From an uncultured Gemmatimonadales bacterium (GTDB lineage Bacteria > Gemmatimonadota > Gemmatimonadetes > Gemmatimonadales > GWC2-71-9), in assembly GCA_963844035.1 (NCBI GenBank), contig CAWJMT010000005.1, forward strand, positions 64,001-128,000: a stretch of 64,000 nt of DNA, read 5' to 3'. Each line of letters starts with the position of its first letter. Positions within the stretch are counted from its first letter, which is position 1. Shown here piece after piece: positions 50,941-62,454 of this stretch. The notes beneath the pieces were generated by a model, which made no database searches, had not been told where the DNA came from, and saw nothing but the letters and a program-made list of their open reading frames with translations. Both the position numbers and the translations under genes were made by a program.

Positions 50941-53251
50941 CTAGCCCACGTCCCTGACGTCCTCCCGGTCCAGTACCTCTCGCACCTTGCGCACCAGCGC
51001 GTCCGGACTGAACGGCTTCTGCACGTACGTGACTCCGTGTTCGAGCACCCCGTGGCGCGTGATGGCATCGTCGGTGTAGCCGGACATGTAGATGGTGCGC
51101 ATGTCCGGCCGCAGGACGGTAAGACGCAGCGCGAGCGTACGACCGCTCATTCCGGGCATGATGACATCCGTAAGCAGCAGGTGGATCCGGCCGGAATGGC
51201 GTTGTGCCACATCCAGCGCCGCCTCCCCGCTCGGAGCCTCGAGCACCGTATAGCCGTGGCGCTGCAAAGCCTGGCGGGCGACAGCGCGCACGGCCGCTTC
51301 ATCCTCTGCCAGCAGCACGGTTTCGGTCCCATCCATCGCCGCGGGTTGGGCCGGCGCGGTCGACGCACGCCGCTCGGGCACCTGTTGGACGCGCGGCAGG
51401 TAGATCTTGAACGTCGTGCCGCGGCCCGGTTCGGAGTACACCCAGATGTAGCCGGCGCTCTGCTTGACGATACCGTACACGGTGGCAAGGCCGAGCCCGG
51501 TGCCCTGGCCCTTCGCCTTGGTCGTGAAGAACGGCTCGAACATGTGGGTTTGGGTCTCCGGGCTCATTCCGGTCCCGGTGTCGCTCACCGAGAGCATGAC
51601 ATATGAGCCGGGAAGGGCGGGGAAGTGCTCAGCGGCGTACGCATCGTCCATCTCGACGTTCGCGGTTTCAATCGTGAGCTTGCCGCCCTGCGGCATGGCA
51701 TCCCGCGCGTTGACGGCCAGGTTCAGGATCACCTGCTCGATCTGGCTCGGGTCGGTCTTCACGGCTCCGAGGTCTGATGCGAGCGCGGTGGCGAGCTGGA
51801 TGTCTTCTCCCAGCAGCCGCCCCAACATGCTCTCGGTCTCGCCCACGAGGGCGTTCAGGTCGAGGACGGTGGGCTGGAGCACCTGCTGGCGGCTGAACGC
51901 GAGCAGCTGGCGGGTGAGCCCGGCGGCGCGGTCGGCGGCCTTGCGAATCTCTTCCACATCCTCCCGGTGCCGCCCTGTCGGGTCCAGGTCATCGAGCAGC
52001 AGCTGGGCGTAGCCGGTGATCGCGGTGAGGATGTTGTTGAAGTCGTGCGCCACGCCGGCCGCGAGCCGGCCCACCGCTTCCATCTTCTGCGCCTGCCGCA
52101 GCTGCTGTTCGAGGCTCAAGCGATCGGTGACGTCGCGGGCGATGCCCAGTACGCCCACCAGGCGACCGTCGCGGAACTGTGGGGTCGCCGCGAATTCTCC
52201 CATGCGGTAGTCGCCCTTGCGCGTGTGGATGCGCAGCTGGCTGACCCGTCCGGTCTCGCCCCGCACGGCCCGCTCGACGAACTCGAACAAGAGCGCCAGA
52301 TCGTCAGGGTGGACGAGCGGCTCGAACGGCTTTCCGAGCCACTCGTGCGGGGGCCACCCCGTCACGCGCTCGAACGCCGGGTTCAGCGACGTGACGGTCC
52401 CGTCCGGCCCCAGCGCGAACACGATGTCGCGTACGCCTTCGATCAGCGCGTGATAGCGCGTTTCCGATTCCCGCAACGCCAGCTCTGCGCGCTTGCGCTC
52501 CGTGATGTCGCGCACGATGCCCAGGATCCGGCCGTCCTCGAGGCGCTTCAGGCTGACTTCCACCAGGATTTCGGTGCCGTCCTTGCGCCGCATCCGCCGT
52601 TCCGCACCGACGTCGTCCCCGGCCGCGAGGGCGGCGAGACGTTGTGCCGCCGCCAGGCGGTCTTCCGTGGGATAGGTGTCGGCCATGTCCAGCCCCAGCA
52701 ACTCCTCGAGGGGATATCCGGTCAGGTCGCATGCCTTGCGATTGGCGTCGATCAGGTGGCCCGTCGAATCCGCGATGAGGATCGCGTCGGCCGCCTGTTC
52801 GATGAGCGCGCGGTACTTGGTTTCGCTGTGCTGCAGCGCTTCGCGGGCGCGCGCCTGCTCGTCCCGGGCGCGGCGCAGATCCAGGGCCCGGCGCACCGCC
52901 GATGGGAGGCGATGCAGGTTGGATTTGAGGACATAGTCCGCCGCTCCCGCCTTGATGTAGTCGGCCGCGGCCTCCTCGCTGAGGTGACCGGTGACGACGA
53001 TCACGGGCGTGTTCGGGGCATCGCGTCGCACGATGCGCAGGGTATAGTGGCCGCTGAACTCGGAGAGGGAGTGATCGGAGAGCACCACATCGGGCGCGAA
53101 CTCGGCGAGGGCCCTGACGAGGCCTGCCTCGGAGTCCACCCGCAACACGTCTGCCGCAATGCCTGCGCGGCGCAGAGACTGCCGTCAACAACTCGGCGTC
53201 GGTCGGGGCTTCCTCGACCAGAAGAACACGAGGCGAGAGCGGGGCCGTCAT
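50941..53251 (-). CDS. Hybrid histidine kinase REC-PAS-PAS-HK-REC (indels at the N-terminus)
   Basis: VAHDFNNIL and G-box motifs; two REC domains. Confidence 0.9.
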
Positions 53252-53399
53252 GTGCTCACCTTATTGCACGACGTCATGACGACGACGAGGGGATGGTTTC
53301 GGTTACGGACGCCCCCTCCTGATCGTTCACGTCCAGACGGTATCGCTCGCCCCAGGGGAGCGCCACTCGGGGAAACCCCTAGGCCCCCAGCCCGGCGGC

Positions 53400-53989
53400 T
53401 CAGGATTCCTGGGAGATGAGCCCGACCCGTCAACGCGTAACGGACCAGTCCAGCGAGGTCGTGGATGGCGAGGCGGCTCATGACCGCGGCTCGGTGGGTT
53501 TCGACGGTTTTGACGCTGAGCGTGAGGCGCCGCGCGATGTCACGGGTGGTGAGACCTTCGGCCATCAGGCGGAGCACGTCGATTTGGCGGGGCGTCAACC
53601 GGCGCAGCGGTCCCCGCACCGACTGCGCGGCGGCAATCGCGGGGCCGAGCCGCGTCAGGTGCTCCTTGAGGAGGTAGTCGTCCACGCCGGCCTTGAGCGT
53701 ATCGACGGCCGCCTCGCTCGTCGAGCGTGTTGGTAACGACGATGATCGGTGTTGCGGGCCGTTCGGCGCGCGCCGCCCGCAGGGCGGCCATGGCGTCGTA
53801 GCGCGCCAGGCCGTGGTCGAACAGGATGATGTCGGGTTCGAAACTCCGCAACGCGTGGACAAACGCGCCTTCCGTGTCTACGCGCTGGGTGACACAGCCG
53901 ATCCCGGCCCGCTCGAGCTCGTGGGTGATCAGCTCGGCGTCCGCGGCACTGTCTTCCAGGAGCAGTATGCGAAGCGGTGGCTCAGCCAT
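53400..53989 (-). CDS. NarL/LuxR-family response regulator (frameshifted)
   Basis: RILLLEDS REC domain; LTPRQIDVL...LSVKTVETHR HTH. Confidence 0.88.
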
Positions 53990-54128
53990 GGGCCGACCCC
54001 GGCCCTCGAAACGCTGCTCGCGCGGTGCGTGAGCGAGGGGGGCGACGTCGGTCGGCGGTCGAGGACGGTGATCCGTCCGGTGAAGCACCGGGCATCACGC
54101 CGTAGATATCCCCGGCCTGGGGAGGCGC

Positions 54129-56683
54129 CTAGGGCGTTTTTGCGGCACGGAGGGGTGTTTTTGCGGCATCGAGGACTTCCCGAACCTTGCGCGCCAGCCG
54201 GTCGGGCGTGAAGGGCTTCTGGAGGAACGCGGTTCCGGGGTCGAGCACGCCATGTTGGGCGATGGCATCCTCCGAATAGCCGGAGATGTACAGGACGGCT
54301 ACCCCGGTCCGGAGCCCGGCGAGCTGCCGAACCAGCTCCCGTCCGCTCAGTCCGGGCATGACGACGTCCGTGACGCACCAGGTGGATGGGCCCACGGTGG
54401 CGCTCGGCGACCTGCAGGGCGTCCCAGCCGCTCGGGGCCGCCAGGACGCTGTACCCCAGCTTGTTGAGGGCCCGGTCGCTGAGCGTGCGCACGATTTCTT
54501 CGTCCTCGACGAGCAAGATGGTTTCGGTGCCGCGCGCCGGCGGGGAGCCGTCCCGGGGCTTACGGCCGGCTCCGGAGCGCCGGAGGTCTGCGGCAGCAGA
54601 ATGGAGAACACGGTGCCGCGACCGGGTTCGCTTTCCGCCCAGATGTATCCGCCGCTCTGCTTGACGATCCCATATACGGTGGCGAGGCCGAGTCCCGTCC
54701 CCTTGCCGACCGCCTTGGTGGTAAAGAACGGCTCGAACAGGTGTGCGCGCGTCGCGGCGTCCATTCCGACCCCGGTATCGCGGACTCGCAGCTGTACGTA
54801 GGAGCCCGGGACGGCGCCCGGGTGAGCGCGGGCGAATGCGGCGTCGAGCTCGAAGTTCGCGGTGTCAACGGTGAGCGTGCCGCCCGCCGGCATGGCGTCG
54901 CGGGAATTGATCGCCAGGTTCACGATCACTTGCTCGATCTGTCCGGGGTCGGCGCGAACCGAGGCGAGCTGAGGCGCCAGTACATTGATCAGCTCCACGT
55001 CCTCGCCGATCAACCGGTGAAGCATGTGGTCGAGGCCGAGCACGACGGCGTTCAGGTCGAGGATGCGCGGCGCGAGCACCTGGCGGCGGCTGTACGCCAG
55101 GAGCTGGCGGGTGAGGTCGGCGGCACGCTCGGCCGCCATGCGGATTTCGTCGACATCGGCGTAGTGGGGCGAATCACGCCCGATCTCGCGCTGCAGCAGC
55201 TGAGTGGTTCCGAGGATCGCGGTGAGAATGTTGTTGAAGTCGTGGGCGATGCCGCCCGCCAGCCGCCCAACCGCTTCGACTTTCACTGCCTGTCGAATCT
55301 GATCCTCGAGGCGACGTTGCTCGGTGACGTCGCGCTGTGTGCCCCATGCCCGCACGACGTGGCCGTCCTCGACGATCCCGACCATGTTGTTGAGGAAGAT
55401 CTTGGGGTGACCGTCGCGATCGCGCTCGTGAGACTGCACGTCGGTCAAGCGGAACCCCGACGCGACAAAGGCCTGAAGAAACTCGAGGTTCTTCGGATCC
55501 GACGGGACGAGCAGGGCGTCCAGCCGCGCGCCGATGATCTCTCGCGCCGAGCCGAACCCGTACATGTGCGCCATCGCGTCGTTGCACTCGGCGAGGTACC
55601 CGTCGCGAAACAGTCGTTCGGCCAGCTCGGCGGGCGGAAGATCCACCGGGACGGGGCGCTCGAGCTCGAACTGCCAGATTCCCTCGGTCGATTGCGCGAT
55701 GAAGGCGCGATAGCGCTCCTCGGCGTGCCGCAACGCGTCGGCGGCACGCTTGCCCTCGATCGCGAGGGCGAGCTGTGTGGACACGAATGCAAGGATATCG
55801 CGTTCCTGCTCGCCGTAGCGGACGCCCTCGGTGTAGCTCTGCGTCACCACCACGCCGATCGTCCGCTCGTGCACCCGCAACGGGACGCCGAGCCAGTCGA
55901 TCGAGGGCGCGCCGATGAGCTCGACTTCGCCGCGTGCCACCAGATCATCGTACACCTGCGGTGTGGCCAGCAGCGGCTGGCCGGTACGCAGCACGTACTC
56001 GGTCAGCCCCTTGCCCAGCCTCCGGGGCAAGTCGCGCGTGTCGAACTCGTCCACGAAATACGGGAAGCTGAGCGTCTCGGTGGCGGGATCGTAGACGGCG
56101 ATGTAGAAGTTGCGCGCCGGCATGAGCCCTTCGATGATCTCGTGAACCCGGCGGAGCAGTGCGGGGAGGTCGGCGGCGGTATTCGCCGCCTCGGCGATGC
56201 GATAGGTGGCATCCTGGACCTGCTCGGCCCGCTTGCGGGCGGTGATGTCCAGCATCACGCCCACCAGCCAGCGCGGGCGACCGTCTTCCGGGAGCACCCG
56301 GACCACGTCCTTCAGCCATACCACGCGGCCGTCCGCGGCCACCATGCGGTACTCCATCTCATGCGGCCGGAGCAGATCGGTCTCGACGCGACAATAGTGG
56401 GCGGCCCAGTCGCGATCGTCAGGGTGCACGTGATCGAGCCAGAACGTCGGCTCGGTCGTCCAGCGCTCCACGGGATACCCCAGGAGTGCTTCGGCCTCGT
56501 GGCTCACGAAGTCGAACTGGAACGTGCGAGCGTCGCCGCGCCAGACAATCGCCTGGATCGACTCGACGAGCACTCCGTACCCCAGCTCCGTTTCCTGTCG
56601 CTCGGCGCCCGTGGGGATGCGGGGGACGCGCTTGGTGGACTTGGTGGAGCGGACGCGCCAGCGGGCCGGGCTTTACGAGCCAC
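54129..56683 (-). CDS. Hybrid histidine kinase PAS-GAF-PAS-HK-REC (frameshifted)
   Basis: WLDHVHPDD, GAF WLGVPL and IAHDFNNIL motifs; REC. Confidence 0.9.
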
Positions 56684-56757
56684 GACCGAAACGGCGTAGG
56701 GGTCGCAGGAAGCCCTCCACGCTCAGGACCGGTGCTGCGGTCGTCGTCTCAACAAGA

Positions 56758-56830
56758 CTCCCGAGGAGGGACTCGAACCCCCGACCCGCCGGTTAACAGC
56801 CGGCTGCTCTACCAACTGAGCTACTCGGGA
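56758..56830 (-). tRNA. tRNA-Asn(GUU)
   Basis: Cloverleaf; gccgg-ctGTTaa-ccggc anticodon arm; CCA not encoded. Confidence 0.97.
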
Positions 56831-56868
56831 ATGTGCGGGAGGGAATATCGCGGTCACACGGCGTGACT

Positions 56869-57420
56869 TCAACCCAGTTGCGGCTTGAGGCGAGTTTCGT
56901 AGCAGTCAGGACACACGCCGTGGCTGAACTCGGCCTTGGAATGCTGCTCGATGTAGCGCTCGAGCGAGCTCCAGTTTCCGTCGGAGTTTCGCATCCGTTT
57001 GCAGTAGCTGCAGACCGACAGCAACCCTTCCAGGGCGAGGACCTCCTCCCGCAAGCCCAGAATACGCTCGGCCACCCGCAGCCGGGCCCCGAGCTCGTGC
57101 GCACTGGCGGGTTTCGTGATGAAGTCGTCGACTCCCGCCTCCATCGCTTCGACGTACGATTCCTGGCCGTGGCGCGCCGTCTGGAGGATGAAGTAGGTGT
57201 ACGGCCGCCCGAGTGTGGACCGAATCTTCCGGCACAACTCCAGGCCGTCCATTTCGGGCATCAGCCAATCCGCCACAACGACGCGGGGCGCCGAGAGCTG
57301 CCACGTTCCCCATGCCTGGCTGCCGTCCTCGGCTTCCGTCACCTCGTGGCCCTGCGCCTTCAGGAGCGCGCTCAGGGTGGCTCGGGTGACGAGATCGTCT
57401 TCAGCGAGCAGGATCACCAT
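56869..57420 (-). CDS. Response regulator with C-terminal CxxC...HGxCPxC motif
   Basis: ADWLMPEMDG REC domain; VCSYCKR...FSHGVCPDCY. Confidence 0.88.
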   Translation of the reverse strand: MVILLAEDDLVTRATLSALLKAQGHEVTEAEDGSQAWGTWQLSAPRVVVADWLMPEMDGLELCRKIRSTLGRPYTYFILQTARHGQESYVEAMEAGVDDFITKPASAHELGARLRVAERILGLREEVLALEGLLSVCSYCKRMRNSDGNWSSLERYIEQHSKAEFSHGVCPDCYETRLKPQLG

Positions 57421-57492
57421 GCGCCGGGACGGGGTGTGCGAAGTGAGACTGGGCGGGCCACGCCCTCAGTATTGGAAGCGCCCGACGCGAAG

Positions 57493-58381
57493 TCAAACCG
57501 GATCGGCGTCCGTCCGCGCACGGGGGAGCTCCGCCATCACCATCCCGAGCCAGGATCAACCCGCCGCCGGTCCACTGCAGCACGGACAACCGTTCCCCGA
57601 ACCACAGCCACGACGCCACGGCCGCGAACACCGGCTCCGCGCAAAAGATGAGCGCCGCGCGCGCGGAGGACATGAACCGCTGCGCGCGCATTTGCCAGAC
57701 CAACGCCACCGCGGTGGCGAGCACGGCGGTAAATCCCAGTGCGCCCAGCCAGCGCGGGGGTCCAACTCATCCGAACATCCTCCACCAACGCCGCCGCGAA
57801 CGCGGCGCCCACGGCCGTCACGATCGTCTCCATCCACACGAGGCGGAGCGGATCGTGTCGCCGCGAGAGGTGTGCCACGGCGACGATCTGCCCGCCGAAG
57901 CTGAGGGCGGTCACGAGCGTCCACAGGTCGCCGCGGTTCAAGCCGCCCGCGTCGGGCGCGGTGAGCAGATACATCCCGATCCCCGCCAAGACCAAGCGCC
58001 GCGACCACCCAGACGCGGGGGCGTTCGCGCACGACGAAAAACGCGACGACCGGCGCGAGCACCGACGAGCTGGCGACGATGAAGGCGGAACGGGCTGGGG
58101 TCGTGTACACCAGGCCCACGGTCTGCGAGGCGAAGCCGACGGCGAGCAGGCCGCCGAGCAGAGCCCCTGCACGAAGCTCGGCACGGGGGTACGGGGGCCG
58201 CAGATTGGTGAAGGGAAGCAGAACCAGGGCCGCCAGCGCCGAAACGGACGGCGGTGAACGCGAGCGGTGTGGCCGACTCCAGCGCGCCCTTCACGACGAT
58301 GAAGCTCAGACCCCAGAGGAGCGCCGCGGACACCAGGACGAGGTCCGCCCGCCGGGCGTTCGGGGCCGATGGAGGTGTCAC
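57493..58381 (-). CDS. DMT/EamA-family transporter (frameshifted)
   Basis: LWGLSFIVVK, GLN.GD and ALIFCAEPVFA motifs. Confidence 0.85.
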
Positions 58382-61198
58382 GTCAGGTCGCTCAGATAGC
58401 GGCCGGTGGGAGAGCCGGCCACGGCTGCGATCTGTTCCGGGGTCCCCTGCGCCACGATTCGTCCACCGTCCTCGCCGGCCCCCGGGCCCATCTCGATGAT
58501 CCAGTCGGCCCGCTTGATCAGGTCCAGGTGATGCTCGATGACGAGGACTGTGTGCCCGGCGTCGACCAGCCGGTCGAGCACGCGGCACAGCACGCGCACG
58601 TCGTCGAGGTGCAGCCCGGTCGTGGGCTCGTCCAGAATGTAGAGCTTGCGCCCCTGCTTCCGGCGGCCGCTCGCCAGCGCGAGCTCCCGCGCGATCTTCA
58701 GTCGCTGCGCCTCACCGCCCGACAGGGTGGTCGCCGGCTGGCCGAGCCGCAGATAGCCGAGCCCGACTTGCTGCAAGTACCACAGGGCGCGCGTGAGCCG
58801 GGCGTGCCGGTGCAGGCGCTCGATGGCCTGGTTGACGGTCCAGTTGAGCACGTCATGGATCGAGCACCCTCCCAGCTTGACGTCGAGGACTTCCCGCTTG
58901 AACCGGGTACCGCCGCACATCTCGCACGGCACGAACACGTTGGCCAGGAAGACCATTTCGACCAGCACGTGCCCGGCGCCCTGGCATGCCTCGCAGCGTC
59001 CCCCCGCCATGTTGAACGAGAACGTGCTCGGCGAGTAGCGGCGCGAGCGCGCCAGCGGTTCCGCGGCGAACAGGGCACGGATCTCGTCGAACGCCTTGAC
59101 GTAGGTCACGGGGTTGGACCGCGGCGTGCGACCGATCGGCTGCTGGTCAATCAGCGCAACGTCGGCGAGTCCATTCCATCCCTCCAGGGCTTCGACGGCG
59201 CCCACCGCTTCGCCGAGGTGCTGCTTGGCGCTGTGGCCGCCGTGCAGGCGTGCTTCGAGCTGGCGGTACAGAATGTCGTGCACGAGGGTCGACTTGCCGG
59301 AGCCCGACACGCCGGTGACCGCCGTGAGGGTGCCGAGCGGGATTCGCGTGTCGACGCCGCGGACGTTGTGGAGGCGGCCACCCCGCAACGTGATCCAGCG
59401 CGGCCCGATGGGCCGGCGGGCGGAGGGCACGCCGATCCGCTTCTCGCCACTCAGGTACTGCGCGGTGAGGGTGTTGCTCTCCCGTACCCGATCCATGGCG
59501 CCCTGGTAGACGAGCTGTCCACCGGCCTCGCCGCTGCCGGGGCCGAGCTCGACCATGTAGTCTGCGGCGCGAATGGCCGCCAGATCATGTTCGACCATCA
59601 CCACGGTGTTTCCCTGGTCGGCCAGGCGGCGCAGCAGACCGAGCAGGCGGTCGATGTCCGCAGGGTGGAGGCCGATGGTGGGCTCATCCAGGACGTAGAG
59701 GGTGTCGACCAGATGCGAGCCGAGCGCATTGGAGAGGGCGATGCGCTGTGCTTCGCCGCCGGACAGGGTGCGGGTCTGGCGGTCGAGCGTGAGGTAGCCG
59801 AGGCCGACATCGGTGACGAACGCGATCCGCGCGCTCAACTCGCGCAGCACGTGGAGGGCAATGGCCTGCTGGAACGGGGCCAGCGACAGGCTGGCCGCCC
59901 ACTCGCGCAGCGCCGCGGCCGTCAGCGCCGTGGCGTCGGCGATGGTGCGGCCGTCCACGCGCACGGCGAGCGCCTCGGGCTTGAGGCGCGCGCCGCGGCA
60001 CGCGGGGCAGGTCTTGGCGAGCTGATACTGGCGCAGGAAGACCCGGATGTACTGCTTGTACCGTTTTGCCTCGAGCCGCTCGAGGAACGGAAACATGCCC
60101 AGATAGCGTCCCTTGGCGTTGTTCAGCAGAAAGGACCGGTCGCGCGCGGGGAGGTCGCGCCAGGGCGCGTCGAAGTCCAGGCCGCGTGCCCGCGCGGTCT
60201 CCCGCAGCAGGCGCCGCCGCCCCTCGTAGCGTGGCTTGGTCCACGGGTCGAGGGCGCCGCGCGCGAGCGAGCGGGCTGGGTCGGGCACGATCAACGACTC
60301 GTCGTATTCGAGCACCGCCCCGAAGCCGTTGCATCCGGGGCAGGCGCCGCGGGGGTTGTTGAACGAAAACAGGTTGGGTGTGAGCGCCGTGCCGGGGGCG
60401 CCGCAGCGCGAGCAGGTCGGGTGCTCGGAGAAGCGGTGCCGCGATCCGTTGTCGAGCGCGACCGCGACGCCCTCACCCTCGTTGAACGCGGTCGCCACGG
60501 CGTCGGCGAGCCGGCCGCGGTTTGCGTCCGAGGACGTCACACGATCCACCACCACCAGCACGTCCGCCGCCTCCCGCACCCGCTGCTCGGCGTCGGGCTC
60601 GTCCAGCCGGACGATGGCTCCGTCGAGCTGGGCACGGACAAACCCCGCGGCCAGGAGCTGTGCGGCGACCGCGACATCGGGCCGATGGGCGGAGGCGGGG
60701 AGCGGGAAGGTGATGACAATGCGGAGTGCGGATTGTCGAGTGCGGAATTCCGCTGCCGCGCTCCGCGATGAGCTCGTCCACCACTTCCTGCACGGTGTCG
60801 GTCTTCACGACCTGCCCGCAGGCGACGCAGTGCGGAGTGCCTACCCGGGCCCAGAGCAGCCGCAGAAAGTCATAGATCTCGGTGGCCGTTCCGACGGTGG
60901 AGCGGCTCGTGGTGGTGGGGTTCTTCTGCTCGATCGCCACCGCGGGGGATATGCCGTCGAGCCCGTCGACCAGCGGCTTCGGCATGCGCTCGAGAAACTG
61001 CTTGGCGTACGTGGACAGCGACTCGATGTAGCGTCGCTGGCCCTCGGCGTAGAGCGTGTCGAAGGCCAGCGAGCTCTTCCCGGCGCCCGAGGGGCCGGTG
61101 ACCACCGTCAGCGCCCGGCGGGGCAGCGTCACCGAGATCCCCTTCAGGTTGTGCTGTCTCGCGTTGCGGATGACGATGTGGCCGGGAGACGTGGGCAT
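58378..61198 (-). CDS. uvrA: Excinuclease ABC subunit UvrA (frameshift ~60720-60770)
   Basis: [27 protein letters not shown], two LSGGEAQR and Zn fingers. Confidence 0.93.
60718..60752. repeat. Intragenic degenerate heptamer array (AGTGCGG-like) in uvrA
   Basis: aatgcgg agtgcgg attgtcg agtgcgg aattccg. Confidence 0.7.
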
Positions 61199-61214
61199 AA
61201 CCCGGAAAACTAAC

Positions 61215-61290
61215 TAGGTGTCAGGTGCTAGGTGTCAGGTGTCAGGGGCCAGGCGTCCGCGCTGACACCCGACACCTAGCACCTGACACC
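61215..61290. repeat. Second inverted YAGGTGY heptamer array
   Basis: taggtgt caggtgc taggtgt caggtgt caggggc ... ctgacac ccgacac ctagcac ctgacac. Confidence 0.9.
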
Positions 61291-61313
61291 GCTTCTTCTT
61301 AGCTTGCCACCCC

Positions 61314-62420
61314 ATGGCTCTGACGCCACGCCTGCTGCGACGCGGGCTACAGCTCTTCGCAGTGATCTCCCTCGGCGGCGTCGGCGTTGTCCTCTGGGTC
61401 TACGGCGAAAACCTCGCCGGCGTGCTCCAGACGTTGCTGCACCTCCACTGGACATGGATGATCGTGGGCTTGGTCCTCGCCTCGATGGATTGGTTCGGGG
61501 GAGGGACCCGGCTGTGGGTGGTGGCCCGACATGTGCATCCGGGGGTGCGCTGGAGGGACATGGTGCTGGCGGGCGGCATGAGCGCCTGGGGCGGCTATCT
61601 CACGCCGTTCCAGACCGGCGCAGGGCCGATGATGATGTGGTCGATGCGCCGGGGCGGTGTGCGCCTGCCGGAAGCGATGACGTCGACCTTCATGACCTTC
61701 GTCGCCACGGTCGCGTTCTTTGCGATCGCGGGACCGATGGCGATCTACTTCGGCGCCGGTAAGTCGCTCGCGCAGCACAACGTGGTGCTCGGGATCTCGT
61801 ACTACGACCTGTTTCGCACCAGCCTGACGATCTTCGGCATCATCGGCGCGGTGATGCTCGTGGCGATGGTGTTTCCCCTCTGGCTGCGCGACGTCGTGCA
61901 CGGGGTGGCGACGCGGCTCGAGCGCCGCAGCCGGCGGGTGGCCGCGCGCATCGAGCACCTGCGCGCAGGGATCGACCGCGCGCACGAGTGCATGGTGGCC
62001 TTCGGCAGTCCCAAGGGATGGCTCGCGCTCTTCTGGGCGGTGATTCTCTCGGGGCCGTCGCACGCCAACAAGTTGCTCGCCGGCTACGCCGCCCTGCGGG
62101 CCCTGGGGATCGAGGCGAACTTCGTCGACATCCTGCTGCTGCAGACGTTCATCACGTTTCTTCTCTACTTCGCTCCTACGCCCGGCTCGTCGGGGCTCGC
62201 CGAGTTCCTGTCCGCCGCCGTGATGCAGATCTACGTCGGCCCGGCCCAGCTGCCGTCGTACACCCTGATCTGGCGCTTCATCAACAGCTACGCGACGGTG
62301 GTGTTTGGGTCCCTGTTGTTCTGGAGCTGGATCAAGCGCGGGGTCGTAGGGGTGGAGGAGCGGTGTCGGTCGATGCGGTCTAACCCTTGTTTCCTTGCGC
62401 GGTTACGGCGTCGGCCGTAA
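61314..62420 (+). CDS. UPF0104 / lysylphosphatidylglycerol-synthase-TM-like membrane protein
   Basis: YLTPFQTGAGP, APTPGSSGLAE and LIWRF motifs. Confidence 0.8.
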   Translation: MALTPRLLRRGLQLFAVISLGGVGVVLWVYGENLAGVLQTLLHLHWTWMIVGLVLASMDWFGGGTRLWVVARHVHPGVRWRDMVLAGGMSAWGGYLTPFQTGAGPMMMWSMRRGGVRLPEAMTSTFMTFVATVAFFAIAGPMAIYFGAGKSLAQHNVVLGISYYDLFRTSLTIFGIIGAVMLVAMVFPLWLRDVVHGVATRLERRSRRVAARIEHLRAGIDRAHECMVAFGSPKGWLALFWAVILSGPSHANKLLAGYAALRALGIEANFVDILLLQTFITFLLYFAPTPGSSGLAEFLSAAVMQIYVGPAQLPSYTLIWRFINSYATVVFGSLLFWSWIKRGVVGVEERCRSMRSNPCFLARLRRRP

Positions 62421-62454
62421 CTTCGGGTCTCGCTTCCCCAGTAGGTCCTGAGAC

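Noticed and set aside
47800..56830. Integrative element at tRNA-Asn
   Set aside because: No att repeat or mobility gene; composition is host-like
54741..60771. Long antisense ORFs (e.g. 652 aa and 800 aa)
   Set aside because: Shadow ORFs opposite real genes in high-GC DNA, with no recognisable motifs
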